Shown here: positions 45,870 to 58,200 of the stretch, piece by piece
Layout: every line of letters starts with the position of its first letter
Position numbering within the stretch: position 1 is the first letter of the stretch
IMG/VR virus record: IMGVR_UViG_3300029448_000007
Length of the DNA stretch: 64,000 nucleotides
Origin: an uncultured virus (IMG/VR IMGVR_UViG_3300029448_000007)
Taxonomy: Duplodnaviria > Heunggongvirae > Uroviricota > Caudoviricetes > Crassvirales
Direction: 5' to 3' (one strand)
The notes under the pieces: model-generated
Databases searched by the model: none
What the model was told of the DNA's origin: nothing
Seen by the model: only the letters and a program-made list of their open reading frames with translations
Program-made: the position numbers and the translations under genes

Positions 45870-47267
45870 ATGGCGAAATATAGAAAGTATGAACCCTCTA
45901 GAAACTATATGTCTGGTGGAGGAATTGGCTCAGCAGCAGGTGCTATTTTAGGAAGTATTATTCCTGGCGTAGGTACCGCAATTGGTGGTAGTGTAGGTGG
46001 TATGCTTGGTAATATCATAAGTCCTAACAAACAAGAAATTCAACAGCCACCAAGACCTATTGAACCAACAATGAGATTTGAGATGGGTGGTATGCTAACA
46101 CCTATTGAAGCTGGTGGTAGTCATAGTGAAAACGGACTAGGTGGTGTACCCATTGGAAACAATGCTTCTGTAGAGCAAGGAGAAACAATGACAGAAGATT
46201 TTGTTTACTCTGACAAACTCAAAATCAATAAGACTCTTGCTAAAGAGTTTTCTCTTCCTAAGTCAACGATAGGTAAAACATTTGCTCAAGCATCTAAGTC
46301 ACTTACTATTGACCAAGAAGATGTTATCTCACAACGAGGTAATGAAAGAACATTGAATCGTATTGCAGAAGCTCAAGAAGCTTACAAGCAATCCTTTGGA
46401 AATAAGTATTATCAGAACGCTGCACAGCAAAATAATGAATTACCCGTTGCGCAATATGGTTTAGATATGCGACAACTTAATATGCCTTCACAACCTGTTT
46501 TCAATCCTTTAGATCCTATGGGTTTTGATAGAACAGCAAACCTAAATTTAAATCTGCAAGTTCCAAATTTGACAGGTACTGAAAATATTCAAACTCCCGA
46601 ACAATCTGCAGTAACTCCAGAGGTAGGATCAGATGTAGCATCAGATACCTCTTTGAGTACAGCTAGTTTTAGTCCTTTGAGATATGCGCCTCTTGGTGCT
46701 GATGTATACTCATTGGCTACAGCAGAAAGACCAGAACCAATGGATGCTTCAAGATATCAACAGTTTGGTACATTCACTGAAAACCTTGTTGACAGATCAC
46801 AAATGAGAAAAGGTGTTATGGATACAGCGTCTACAACAGCAAATTATTTGAGAGAAGCTTCTGGTGGTAATGCTTCTTTGTTCAATGCTATGATGCAAAG
46901 TGGTAGCACAGGAACTCAAAGAACTATGGGTGAGCTTTCAATGCAAGCTGACATGCAAGATGCTCAAGAAAAAGCAAGAGTTGAGGGTCTAAAAAATAGG
47001 CAGCAAGCAATGAATACTCAGATTCAACAACAAATTGATATTCAGAATCAGCAAGATCTAGCTGCTTATAATAATATGATTCAAGATAGTGTTGTTAATC
47101 TTGCACAAAATGTTGGTAACATTGGTACAGAACAGACTCGTATTAGTCAAGTAAATCAATTGTTTGGTTATGATGTTCACGGACAGTATAAGCAAGCTAA
47201 AAAAGATGGAGCTACTGATAAGTCTTTTCTTGAATACGCCAAAGGATTACTAGGAAATTTAGTTTAA
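45870..47267 (+). CDS. Ejected cargo protein 1
   Basis: Gly-rich TM-like N-terminus, GGSHSENGLGGVPIG, VEQGET, YSDKL, Gln-rich. Confidence 0.8.
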   Translation: MAKYRKYEPSRNYMSGGGIGSAAGAILGSIIPGVGTAIGGSVGGMLGNIISPNKQEIQQPPRPIEPTMRFEMGGMLTPIEAGGSHSENGLGGVPIGNNASVEQGETMTEDFVYSDKLKINKTLAKEFSLPKSTIGKTFAQASKSLTIDQEDVISQRGNERTLNRIAEAQEAYKQSFGNKYYQNAAQQNNELPVAQYGLDMRQLNMPSQPVFNPLDPMGFDRTANLNLNLQVPNLTGTENIQTPEQSAVTPEVGSDVASDTSLSTASFSPLRYAPLGADVYSLATAERPEPMDASRYQQFGTFTENLVDRSQMRKGVMDTASTTANYLREASGGNASLFNAMMQSGSTGTQRTMGELSMQADMQDAQEKARVEGLKNRQQAMNTQIQQQIDIQNQQDLAAYNNMIQDSVVNLAQNVGNIGTEQTRISQVNQLFGYDVHGQYKQAKKDGATDKSFLEYAKGLLGNLV

Positions 47268-47271
47268 AAAA

Positions 47272-50094
47272 ATGGCTGTAGTTAATAGATTTTCACAGAG
47301 GCGGAATTACGCTACGTTTAATCCTATGTCTATGCAGGAGCTTATGGTAGTTCCTCAGTATAGACAGCAACAACACGATTATGCAGAAGCGTTAGCCGAA
47401 GCTCAAAAGACAGAAGGTACTGTTTTATCTCCAGATAAAGAAAAGTTTGCACAAGGCGCTAATGAGATAAATAAAGGTATTACAACTTTAGTAGATGACC
47501 TTACTGAAAAAGGTTTACAGTCTAATACTCTTTCTAATGTCCGCAGTCTTAAAAAGAAAAGAGAAGATTTCTTAGATCCTACTACTGGTTTTGGAGGAAG
47601 AGCTCTTGCTAACTATGCACTTTATCAACAAGGTGTTAAGGATATGGAAGAGATGCGTAAGACAGGTGATTATCTAGAAAGAGATCTTACTAACTCTATG
47701 ATACTATCTCTTAATAGATATGAAGGTGTTGATGCTGGTGATACTTTTGACATGTATAATCCATCTCGATATGTAGATATGGGAAAAAAGACTCTTGAGA
47801 TTTTAGATAAAGTTCCCATTCAAGAAATAGAAACTGCTTTAGGATTGCAAGAAATTGGATTTGATCCTCAAACAGGAAATAAAATTTATCAGCATGGTTC
47901 TACAGTAATTAAAGAGCGTTCTAAAGAACATCAAATGTTGGTTGCTCAACAGTTCTTAAATAACGATCCTGAAGTTCAAGCTTATCTAAACGACCAAGCA
48001 ACATTTGCTCAAGAACTCCATTCAACTATTGAAGAAGAGTCTGGAAGTATTATTTATGGGGATAAATATTTTAACCCTTCTACATTTAAAGATCAGTTTA
48101 TTCAAGGTAAGATTTTGAATATTGCTACAATGGGTGCTGAAGCTACAGATGTTCGAAATGTTTCACAAGATTTAGATTATAAGTTTGTCAAAGCTTCAGA
48201 AGCTTATGCTAGAGCTTGGAGAGAAGCTCATATGCCAGATTCTAAGTCTACAACAACTGGTGGTATGGATGAAAATAAAAGCTTAGGTGATGTTAACTAC
48301 CTTGATGATCTTGCACAAAATCCAAAATATACATTAGTAGGTAAAGATCAAAGTGAAGAATTTACTACTACTAAAAAAGGAAAGTATCCTTCAGGTCTAT
48401 CTAGAAAACAATTTTTAGAATATCAAAAACAAATAGGTGAAAAGCCATATACAGAATATAGTGGTTTAAACACTGGTAGATTTGCATATGAAAGATATTG
48501 GTTTGAAGACCATTTTCCAAATCTTTCAGACCCTGGTTATGAAGTAGGTGACCAAACAGAAACGGAAAAATTAGTTGTTAGAAATCAAGGTGCTGAAACT
48601 TTACAAGATTTTAGAAATATATGGAAAAGAAAAACAAAAGATACTGAATACGAAAATTGGCCTGAACAAGCTGTAGATAAGTTATATGAACATATGACTA
48701 GTAGAGATGGTCTTTTACTTGATAGTGAAGATGGATTAGGAACAGCGCGTCCTGTAAGAGAAGCTTTAGGTAAACCTAGTACTGAGTTTATGGCTTTTGG
48801 ATTTGGTTCAGAAGGTGATATTACTACAGAATCTGTTACAAGAGCAATAGATAATACTGCAGAAGCTGTTACAAAAGGAGTTTCTTCAATAGGAGGTACT
48901 AGTGTAGGAGGATTGGTAAGTGGTGCAATATTACGAACCGATTTAACTATTGCTTCTGATTCAGATAAAAGTATGTTCAAATATCATATGAGTGGTAAGG
49001 ATATTCAAAATATCTTAGGTCTTAAAGCTCAAAGAATGAGTGAAGAAGATTTTAATGCTCATACATTAATGAATAATCAAATGGTTAGACAAAACTTTGA
49101 AGCATTTCAAGTAAGTCATCCTAATGTTAGTTTTGAAGATTGGAAAGAATTAGAAGAAACTAGATTGAAAAATAGTGGTCAAGTTGAAACAATATTAGAA
49201 GGTAAGCAAAACATTCCATCAAGTAATACCACTATAAATAATATGTTGGATACTAAATCGCTTAGTGGTTTAACTGGATATGATATTTCAATTGAAAGAT
49301 TCACTGACAGTCGTATGGAAGATATTGCTACTACTGGTGGACAATTTATTGACGCTCTTAAAGATATTGGTGAAATTGAAAGTATTAGTTACCCTTTGAG
49401 AATTCGTGAAGATGGTGATTACACTAAAATTGGAGGTTATCAATTTAATGTAACAAATAAAGACGGTACTATCTTTAGAATAAAAACACAACCTTTGGTA
49501 AAAGAAGAGGCTTCTGTTCTTGTTCCTTTACAAAGATTAGGGCAAGCTTGGAATAACTCAACAGGTGTACAACTTCCTTCAACTGTAGGTCAAGATAATG
49601 TAATACGAAGTGAACAAATGGTTGTTGGAGAAAAAGGTAAGAATGGATGGGTAGGTACAGATGGTGCTTATATGTTGGATATTAATAGATTGATGGAAAC
49701 TGGTTTTATAAATGAAAATATTATTTCAAGAGGTAGTGTTATAGAAGCTGATTATTCTCCTTTTAATACTTATGGTAGAGGAGGAGATTTCCAAAATAGA
49801 GGTATTAAAAAATATTATATTATAGACCCTAACGGTGTAAAGAAACCATTAATTGATCCAACTCTTTATGATCAAACTCTTATGACGGATGATTATAAAA
49901 GACAACAAGTTGAAGCTGGTAACCTTAAACAAGAAGATTTAGTAAACGAAGAAGGTCTTAATGTTTTAAGAAGTTTGATGATGAATAGAAAAGATTTCCA
50001 TCGATATATAGAACAAAAATCAAATCTTGATTTGATTCAACAAACTATATACTCACCAGCTATTGATCAACGTAAAATAAATCCTCAGCAATAA
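47272..50094 (+). CDS. Ejected cargo protein 2
   Basis: 940 aa; NRF...FNPMSMQEL start; synteny. Confidence 0.7.
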   Translation: MAVVNRFSQRRNYATFNPMSMQELMVVPQYRQQQHDYAEALAEAQKTEGTVLSPDKEKFAQGANEINKGITTLVDDLTEKGLQSNTLSNVRSLKKKREDFLDPTTGFGGRALANYALYQQGVKDMEEMRKTGDYLERDLTNSMILSLNRYEGVDAGDTFDMYNPSRYVDMGKKTLEILDKVPIQEIETALGLQEIGFDPQTGNKIYQHGSTVIKERSKEHQMLVAQQFLNNDPEVQAYLNDQATFAQELHSTIEEESGSIIYGDKYFNPSTFKDQFIQGKILNIATMGAEATDVRNVSQDLDYKFVKASEAYARAWREAHMPDSKSTTTGGMDENKSLGDVNYLDDLAQNPKYTLVGKDQSEEFTTTKKGKYPSGLSRKQFLEYQKQIGEKPYTEYSGLNTGRFAYERYWFEDHFPNLSDPGYEVGDQTETEKLVVRNQGAETLQDFRNIWKRKTKDTEYENWPEQAVDKLYEHMTSRDGLLLDSEDGLGTARPVREALGKPSTEFMAFGFGSEGDITTESVTRAIDNTAEAVTKGVSSIGGTSVGGLVSGAILRTDLTIASDSDKSMFKYHMSGKDIQNILGLKAQRMSEEDFNAHTLMNNQMVRQNFEAFQVSHPNVSFEDWKELEETRLKNSGQVETILEGKQNIPSSNTTINNMLDTKSLSGLTGYDISIERFTDSRMEDIATTGGQFIDALKDIGEIESISYPLRIREDGDYTKIGGYQFNVTNKDGTIFRIKTQPLVKEEASVLVPLQRLGQAWNNSTGVQLPSTVGQDNVIRSEQMVVGEKGKNGWVGTDGAYMLDINRLMETGFINENIISRGSVIEADYSPFNTYGRGGDFQNRGIKKYYIIDPNGVKKPLIDPTLYDQTLMTDDYKRQQVEAGNLKQEDLVNEEGLNVLRSLMMNRKDFHRYIEQKSNLDLIQQTIYSPAIDQRKINPQQ

Positions 50095-53000
50095 TGGATA
50101 AGGAAGTTAAGTTTCAAAAAACCAATCTTAAAAAATCAAATCAAAACTTACCCGTTAGTCCTAAAGTTACAGAAGAAAGTTTTATTCATAGTGATCAAGC
50201 TCCTCTTCTTACAAAAGATAGCAAGTATGATGCAAATCTACAAGCTTATAAAATAAGAAGAGAGGGTATTGATAAGACATTAGCTGCTAACCAAACAGGT
50301 TGGGATGAAGCTATGAATGGTATTGGTAGAGGTGTTGCTTCTGGTTTAGCAACAGCTGTTGAAAACTTATCTTATATTCCAAATATCTTTACTCAAGACT
50401 TTGAAGCTAACGCTTTATCTGAAGCAATGAAAGATGTCAAGGAAGATTTGCGAGAGGCTCTTCCTATATATAGAACATCCGATGATCCGTTTTCTTGGGA
50501 TAACGGTGCTGTTGTTTGGGAATCACTTGCTGGTGTATTAGACTCAGGTATTGGTTTTGCAATTCCTGGTGTTGGTATTTCAAAAGGTATTTCACTTGCA
50601 GGTAGAGGTATATCTAGAGCAGGAAGACTTGGAAGACTTGGTGCAAGAGCAGCAGCTCTTAGACAATCTGCTTTAGCAAATCCTGTAATCAAACAACTTT
50701 CAACATCTACAATGGCTGGTGTTATTTCTAATGACTTAGAAGGCACTATGATGGGTGTTGAGATTTATGAAAACAAGGTAAAAGAACTTAAGAAAAAAAG
50801 AAATGATGGTGAGATTGATGCTACAGACGAGCAAATAAAAGAAGCTGCTCATAGACAAGCTGCTAACTTTAAATTACACAATAGAGCTTTTGCAATAACA
50901 GATGCTTTTGCACTTCAAGGTTTAACAAGAGGTCATGGTATTACAAGAAATCTTATTGCTGATCCTAAGAACTTTAAAAATAAACTTACAAAATCTTTAA
51001 CGTCACCTGATTCTCTATTGGCTCAAGGTTTAACAGAAGCAGGAGAAGAAATCTCACAAGGAGTTCTTCAGAAGATGGCTGAGTTTAGAATTGATAAAGA
51101 ATTTGGTTTAGCAAAAGATGATAAGTCTACTATGTCTAGAGCATTGGAGTATGCTTTGGATAGAGAAACTCTTTATGAAGGTATGCTTGGGTTCTTTGGA
51201 GGTGGCTTCCAAAGAGTAGTATCTGAGAGTACAAATAAAGCAGCTGACTTTTTTGAAAATAAAAGGATTGACAAGAAGATTAAAAATCTTCAAAGTCTTA
51301 TAGACAACTCAGATGATGTTGTTGAAAATAAAAAGCTTGAAGCTCGAATAGAAGACTTACAAAAACAAAAAGCTTCTTTTAAAAGACAAGAGTCTTACGA
51401 AAAACAACAGTCTTTGATTGCAGCTCTTCAAGAAGATGTTGATAAAGCTATGGCTCAAGACGTAAAACTTTCTGAAGGAGAAGCGTACTTTAACAAAGAG
51501 ACTGCGGCTCATGAGCAAATGCGTCAGACGTTTAGAGATGTAAGATTTAGAAAGCTTGCCATTACTCACTTTGAGAATGGTACTACTGAAAAGCTTGAAG
51601 AGTCACTTAACAATATTGAAGACTCTGATTTAAGAGCACATTATTTAGGTAAGCTTAAAACTTATGAAAAAGCTTATATAAATAACTCAGGTGCTGCTAT
51701 GGGTGATTTGCTTTTTCACCAATATACAGACATTGATATTCTTCAAGATAAAGTAAATGCCATAAACAACGCTATCTCTGAAGCAGAGAGCGACCCTGTT
51801 ATTCAAGATGAAGAGCTTATTAAGAATCTTCAAGAGAGTAAAACTGCGTTTGAAGAAAAACTCAATACAGCAAGAGACGAGTATAAAAAAGCTAGAAAGA
51901 ACGATAAGCAAACGCTTATTAAGATTCTAGAAAAAAAAGCTCAAGAATATTCTGATGCTCAAACAGTAGAAGAGGTTGAAGATATTCAAAAAGAACATGA
52001 GCAAGATGGTTATGATACTTCAGAAGCTGCAGAAGAAGCTAAGAAAACAGCTAAAGAAAATGAAAATGAAAGTCTTAAAAAAGATTCTGAAGCTAGATCA
52101 TATGCTGAAATGTATCAAGATGATGATTTTGATCCCTATGAAGATTATGATCCGAGCAGTAAAGGTGTTGTTACTCCAGAAACTGTTACCACTCAAGATG
52201 TTGAAAAGGAAAGAGAGGTTGCTTTAGAAAGAGAGAAAGATAATCTTCAAGAGCCTTTTGCTCCTGGCAGTGATCAAACTGTTGGGGAAAAAATCAACGA
52301 AGAGTATGATGCAAAAGCTGAAGAAGCAGTTGATGTACCTCAACCAGAGTTTGTTCCTGACGATGATACTTATATTCCAGTAGAACCTGAAGATGACTAC
52401 GACCCCGAAGCTTATTATAGAGATTCTGAACTTGGTCAAGAAGAGATAGACTCTCTTGAAGAAATCAAAGAAGAGAAAAAGAAAGACGAAGAAAGTGCTC
52501 CTATTACTGATTTAGAAGTAGGTAATGATAAAACTTTTGAATCAGACGGTCAAAGTAGACCTGCAACTGGAGAAAACCAAGAAGATTATATAGACGAGCC
52601 TGGTACTCAAAGAGGCGTTAAGTTAATGGATGCGTTTGACGCTAGACCTGAAGGTAAAAATAAAGATGGGAGTCATATTGTACCAGGTTACTTTAAAAGA
52701 AAGTATGGTGCTTTTTTAAACTGGTTAAGAAACTGGTCTAAAGACACAAGTGTAACATTAGATGATTTTGCAGTTCGACTTGAAGTAGATTTTGATTCAA
52801 ACAGTTACCCTCCTAATGTAGATATTAAAGCTTTAGAGGATAAACTAAATAAGCAAAATCTTTCGGATAAAGAATTTTTAGAAATTGTTTCTAAAGTTTC
52901 TATCAAAGCTGTAGTTGTTAGAAAACAAGGAGGCGATGCTGTTATTGATTCGAGTACGAACTCTGAAGTATTTACATTTTTAAGAATTAAAAGTAATGAT

Positions 53001-55229
53001 ACTGTTTATAACCAAACTCTTCAACAGTTAAGACAAGATGTTGTAAGAGCTAGATTAAATGGTGAAACAAGTGTAACTACAACATTCCAACAACAGTATC
53101 CTTTAAACTTTGATAATCAGCCTACTGTAGATGGCAAAGCTTCTACTAATAGTATCCTTGAGGTTTTCAATATGGACCCTCAACAAGTTAGAGATAACTT
53201 GAGAGTTGGTAACTCTGGAAGAAACAGAAATGGTAGGAAAAAAGTAGATGGTGCTCGTTGGGTTAGCATGGATTCTAAAGAAGACTTTGATATCAGAGCA
53301 AGAGATGCTGGTATCTCAGGTAAGATTGGAATGAAAGTAAGAAACCCAAATGGTTCTTACTCTGTTGCAAAGCTTAACCTTGAGAAGATTTCAGAAAGCG
53401 ATGCAGATTTTATTTTTAGAATATACGAATCTTTGTCTGGTGTAGGCACTAGTATGCAAACACAGGTTCCAGAAAACCTTATGCGTGAGTTCAAACAGAG
53501 AACAGGTCTTAGCTTTGAACCTCAAACAATGTTAGACCTTGTTAAATTCTACATTCACGATGGTCACTATAAGAATGGAGATAAGACAGAATTTAATCCT
53601 AAAACTAAAGTTGTTTTAAACAAAGGTGTCTTGATGTACAACGGCAATAAGTCAGTAGATAATTTTAACGACCCTATCCAAAGACAAGAGTTTATGGATT
53701 TCCTTATGGAAAACAAACGCTATAATATTAAGAAGGGTAAAGAGATGACTACTGAATATGTTGAGTGGTTGCTTAATACAAACAATACATATCCTGGACC
53801 TCCTATTCTTAACACCAACCTTGGGCCTGACATCTTTGACAATGCTGTTTATTGGAAAGATGCGGATGGTAATAGAAAGAAATTCTCAGGTTCTGTTTAC
53901 ATTAAACCTCTAACGGTAAGGCCACAAAAGAAAGTAACAGAAAGCCAAACAAACATCCAGCAACAAGTTAAACAAAAGCTTGATGGGATTGGCACGATGC
54001 AAAAGTCAGATGGTAAGTATGGTGGAACACATACTAGAGTATCTGAACATATTTCACCAAAGAAAGGTGAAGGTGAAGTTTTACCAGCAGCTGTTAAGAG
54101 AGCTGCACAGGTAGGTACAAATCTTGACCAAGTAGCAAGAGATTTCTTTGAGGGTAAACTTAAAGCTTTTGAAGAATATAAAGATGAGAATGGTGTTTTG
54201 TTCTTTAAGCAAGAGAATGTATTTAACACTTTTATAGAACAGCTAAAAGAAACACAAGAGAAAGCTTTAGCAAGGGGAGCTATACTTTACACAACCCCTG
54301 TACACCTTAGAGATGATGAAGCTCTAATTGCTGGTGAACCAGACATGTTACTTATTGAACCAGATGGTTCTATTAACATTGTTGACTTTAAAGCATTTGT
54401 AAGAGGTGCTAGAAGACTTAAAGATGACTCCGATGTTGAAGGTGAAACTATGCTTGAACACTATACTAAGCAACAAAACATGTATAGAATGCTTGGTATC
54501 AACATGGGTCTCAATATGCAGTCAATGGGTCTTTTGGTATTCCAAATTAAATATAGAAATAGTATTACTGTAAATACAGTACTGACTCAAAAAAGAGTTC
54601 CGCTACAACTTCTTGATGATGTCAATGGATATCGTATTAAAAGAAAACCAGATTCTACATTCCCCGCTGCTCAGAATAATAAACTTTCAGAAGCAGAATC
54701 ACTACCGTTTAGAGAACAGCCAATAATTAAAGAAACAATTATTTATAAAAAAGGTGGTAAAGAATATACCTATATCATTAAAGGTACTAAAATCTTTAAC
54801 GATAAGGGTAAAGAGGTATATGCAAAAGCAAGTATAGACAGAGATAAAATATTTGCTAATTTAGCAATTAAGCAAAAAAGAGCTAAAGTAGTTGAGGTTG
54901 AAGGCAATTCATATGTTGTAAACAAAGAAGGTAAGGTTATGTCTGTGGATACAGGTAAGATTATGAATCGAGAAACAAACCCAACTTTGTATAACAGTAT
55001 TATACAAAAAGCTTTTTCTACTAAAAAAGAAAAAACCACAGAAGATGTTGAAAAAGAAAAGAAGCTTACTAAAGAAGTCAACGATCAGTTAGGAGGAAAA
55101 AATAGTATTGAGGAAAGAAGAAAAGCTTTAGCTGAAAGAATAAAGAAAGGTAGAGCTAAGGGTTATACTAAGAAAGACAATATTGAAGAGGATCCAAACA
55201 AGGACTCAACTTGTAAAAAAAATAAATAA
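50094..55229 (+). CDS. Giant virion protein with membrane-like N-terminal region and PD-(D/E)XK nuclease-like domain
   Basis: EAGEEISQG, GFFGGG; IAGEPDMLLI...IVDFK...YTKQQNMY. Confidence 0.8.
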   Translation: MDKEVKFQKTNLKKSNQNLPVSPKVTEESFIHSDQAPLLTKDSKYDANLQAYKIRREGIDKTLAANQTGWDEAMNGIGRGVASGLATAVENLSYIPNIFTQDFEANALSEAMKDVKEDLREALPIYRTSDDPFSWDNGAVVWESLAGVLDSGIGFAIPGVGISKGISLAGRGISRAGRLGRLGARAAALRQSALANPVIKQLSTSTMAGVISNDLEGTMMGVEIYENKVKELKKKRNDGEIDATDEQIKEAAHRQAANFKLHNRAFAITDAFALQGLTRGHGITRNLIADPKNFKNKLTKSLTSPDSLLAQGLTEAGEEISQGVLQKMAEFRIDKEFGLAKDDKSTMSRALEYALDRETLYEGMLGFFGGGFQRVVSESTNKAADFFENKRIDKKIKNLQSLIDNSDDVVENKKLEARIEDLQKQKASFKRQESYEKQQSLIAALQEDVDKAMAQDVKLSEGEAYFNKETAAHEQMRQTFRDVRFRKLAITHFENGTTEKLEESLNNIEDSDLRAHYLGKLKTYEKAYINNSGAAMGDLLFHQYTDIDILQDKVNAINNAISEAESDPVIQDEELIKNLQESKTAFEEKLNTARDEYKKARKNDKQTLIKILEKKAQEYSDAQTVEEVEDIQKEHEQDGYDTSEAAEEAKKTAKENENESLKKDSEARSYAEMYQDDDFDPYEDYDPSSKGVVTPETVTTQDVEKEREVALEREKDNLQEPFAPGSDQTVGEKINEEYDAKAEEAVDVPQPEFVPDDDTYIPVEPEDDYDPEAYYRDSELGQEEIDSLEEIKEEKKKDEESAPITDLEVGNDKTFESDGQSRPATGENQEDYIDEPGTQRGVKLMDAFDARPEGKNKDGSHIVPGYFKRKYGAFLNWLRNWSKDTSVTLDDFAVRLEVDFDSNSYPPNVDIKALEDKLNKQNLSDKEFLEIVSKVSIKAVVVRKQGGDAVIDSSTNSEVFTFLRIKSNDTVYNQTLQQLRQDVVRARLNGETSVTTTFQQQYPLNFDNQPTVDGKASTNSILEVFNMDPQQVRDNLRVGNSGRNRNGRKKVDGARWVSMDSKEDFDIRARDAGISGKIGMKVRNPNGSYSVAKLNLEKISESDADFIFRIYESLSGVGTSMQTQVPENLMREFKQRTGLSFEPQTMLDLVKFYIHDGHYKNGDKTEFNPKTKVVLNKGVLMYNGNKSVDNFNDPIQRQEFMDFLMENKRYNIKKGKEMTTEYVEWLLNTNNTYPGPPILNTNLGPDIFDNAVYWKDADGNRKKFSGSVYIKPLTVRPQKKVTESQTNIQQQVKQKLDGIGTMQKSDGKYGGTHTRVSEHISPKKGEGEVLPAAVKRAAQVGTNLDQVARDFFEGKLKAFEEYKDENGVLFFKQENVFNTFIEQLKETQEKALARGAILYTTPVHLRDDEALIAGEPDMLLIEPDGSINIVDFKAFVRGARRLKDDSDVEGETMLEHYTKQQNMYRMLGINMGLNMQSMGLLVFQIKYRNSITVNTVLTQKRVPLQLLDDVNGYRIKRKPDSTFPAAQNNKLSEAESLPFREQPIIKETIIYKKGGKEYTYIIKGTKIFNDKGKEVYAKASIDRDKIFANLAIKQKRAKVVEVEGNSYVVNKEGKVMSVDTGKIMNRETNPTLYNSIIQKAFSTKKEKTTEDVEKEKKLTKEVNDQLGGKNSIEERRKALAERIKKGRAKGYTKKDNIEEDPNKDSTCKKNK

Positions 55230-58200
55230 TGGCGTGTAAGTTTATAGCAAACAATGGGATTGAATCCAAACTTCATGAACAACTCATTAAAGAATTTGGT
55301 GGTGACCCATCTTCTCTTTCTAAGATAGGTGCTTTTAAAGAAATACCTTTCAATAATAGAGCAGATGACTTGTACGCTTTTGTACAAGGTTCTGGATTTA
55401 GAGCTTGGTTTGGTGACTTCACTAAAGAAAACTTACCCAACACAGATGAGAATGGTGAGCCTGTTTTACAAAACGATGGTGAATACTATTTTGAGAGAGA
55501 AGATGGTGCTAGAGAATATCTTACAGGTGAGGATTCTGTGTTCTCAATTCAAGACAAACATGATGTCTTTGAACTTCTTAGATTTGGTTTTATAGAATCT
55601 CTTAAGAGTGATGACAGAGGAACTCTTATATCTTTTATTTCAGAGTCTTCAAGCTTAGAAGAAGCTCTTGAGGGAGGTCTTACTAGTGTTATGGAAGACA
55701 CTGTTGAAAGAATTGTTAATGATGAAAATAAAGTTCTGACTGATTCGCAGATGGAACTTTTAGAGAAACTGTACGATAATCAAGAGCAAACAATTCCTAT
55801 GTTTTCAGATATGATGAAAAGGTTTTATTCAAACCTTGGCATCACATTCAAAGAAGACAACAATATTGATGAAGATGAGAATGGTAACGACAAAGAAGGT
55901 GGTACAAGTATAGACTCTGACTTTAGTCCTTCTGTTGAATCAGACCCTATTAAGACAGCATCTCGTGCTGTCAAAGTTTATCTAAGCCATATAGCAAAGT
56001 CAGACTCTAAAAGTAAGTTTGGTGAGGCAACGTATGAGTCTTTTAATGGTATTCAAAAGACTCTTATTCGATTGTTTTCTGATGCAGAAGGAAAGTCTTT
56101 GTCTCAGTTTGACATGACCTTCGGAGAACTCTTTGACTTATATATCGATAGACTTGGTAAACTAGAGAATGAATTTTCTTGGGCAACTACTATTATACAA
56201 GACCTAAATAAGATGAAAGAAAATGGAGATATCAACTCCATTAAGCAATTCATGGTTGGTCTTACAAGTCAATATTATAACTATACAATTGGTACGTTTG
56301 ACACAAATGGTAATGTAAAATACATTTCTACATCTGCTTCTGAAGGAAATACACAGAGGATTATTTCTGCTTGGAATACAGATTTTATTTCTAACAAAGG
56401 TTCTTTACAGCAACTTTCTCCAGATAAAGTTAAAAAGGAAAGCGACACTCAAGAGGGTGTTGTTTCTACTGTCGTTGATCACATTTTTAATAACCTTTCT
56501 TCTTTTGGTATAAACATCAAAAGACAAGCTATTGAAGATGTTATTACCGATGAGAACTCTACATACTTAACAGGAAATACTGAAGAGAAAGCTTTTAAGA
56601 TTCTTAATTTTTTTAATGACTTTGTTGAAGACATCCAAGAGAAGAAAGAGAAAGGAGACTTCTTTGATAATCTTGGTAGAGAAAAAAGTATAATCAAAGA
56701 AAATGAGTTCATTAGAGAGATTGCAAAGAAGCAGGTTCTCTATATGGAGGATAATATAAATGAATCTGTTCAAAGACCTAGTGGTCAATCTTATTCTTTT
56801 TCAAAACCAACATTTATAAAAGACCAGCTTGATCGTATTCTTAATGCAAAAAACTCACAATCTTATATCAAGAATCTTCAGAATAATAAGTACTACGCTG
56901 TTTCTAAATGGTTTGAAGCATTAGCTGATAAGACCAAAAAAGCAGCTGTTAATATGATGTCTCACTTTAAGAAAGACAGGGCGAGTGACGCTGGTAACGA
57001 TAATAAAGATATCAAGCTTGCTGATGAGTTGTCTATGAACATCACTATGATGTTGAGGGCAGTTACAGCAGAAGGTAGAAAGCTAAAGCAAAGACCTGTA
57101 TTTAGAACACTTACTGCTGGTGATAAGTCAAGAGCTTTTCATATTGAAGGAGACTTTCCAATTACACAGACTGAGTTTTTTAATGACAACAAGCTTGGTG
57201 ATAACGTAATAACAAGAGCTGTCGACTATGTAAATGCTGAATTTACAAGAGCTTATGATGTTGCTAAACAAATTAAAGCTGTTGAAAAAGGTAAGGCAGA
57301 AGGTATCATTTACTATAATACTGGACCAAAGAACGGTCTTAAGATATATTCTTTACCTGAACTATCACATCAAGTATATAACGCTGTTGTGTTTGACAAG
57401 TCAGATTCTATTGCTGATAAAATGAATCAAGAAACTAAAGACTTGATTCTAGACCTCCACAATAAAATCAAAGAGGTAAATAAGATAGGACTGTACAGTG
57501 AGAATGGTATGCCCATGTTTGCAGATCTTGTTAAAGATAACGAGATAAGTGATGACATAAGAGCATTTGTTGAAAACATTGTTACAAAAAAAGTATTAGC
57601 GGGTGTTGCAGAAATGAGTTCTTTCTTTCATCCTAATGTCAGAGGAACTAAAAATGAAAAACCTCGTATTGTTGTTGACAAACAAATTCTTAATGAATAT
57701 AAAGCAAGAAACAACAATAACGAAGATGCGGCTATTAATAATATTCTAGCAGATTATTTTGTAAATCAGTTCTTTGCAAATATCGAGTATACGAAAATGT
57801 TTACTGGAGACCCTGCTTATTATAAGAATGAGGATGACTTTAGAAAAAGAGTACAAGCTACTTACATTGATGGTGATGTAGGAATCTTTGGTGACTTCAA
57901 AGGAAAGACAGATAATAAATTTAAAGTTGCTGTTACCAAAAAGATTTTTAGAGCAACAAAAGAAGAAATCTTAGAAGAGTGGAAAGAATACATTGGTGAT
58001 AAAATAGAAAACTACAAAAGTAATAACATCGCTGATGCTCAAGCTTGGATCACACTTGACAGATGGACACAAATTGAAAAGTCATTAGGTAGGTGGACAA
58101 AGACACATGATAAAATTTTTAAGAAAGTCAATAAAGGTCAAGATCTAAATAAAGAAGAACTGGATTTTGTTCTAAAGAATCATCCACCACAGTCAATGAA

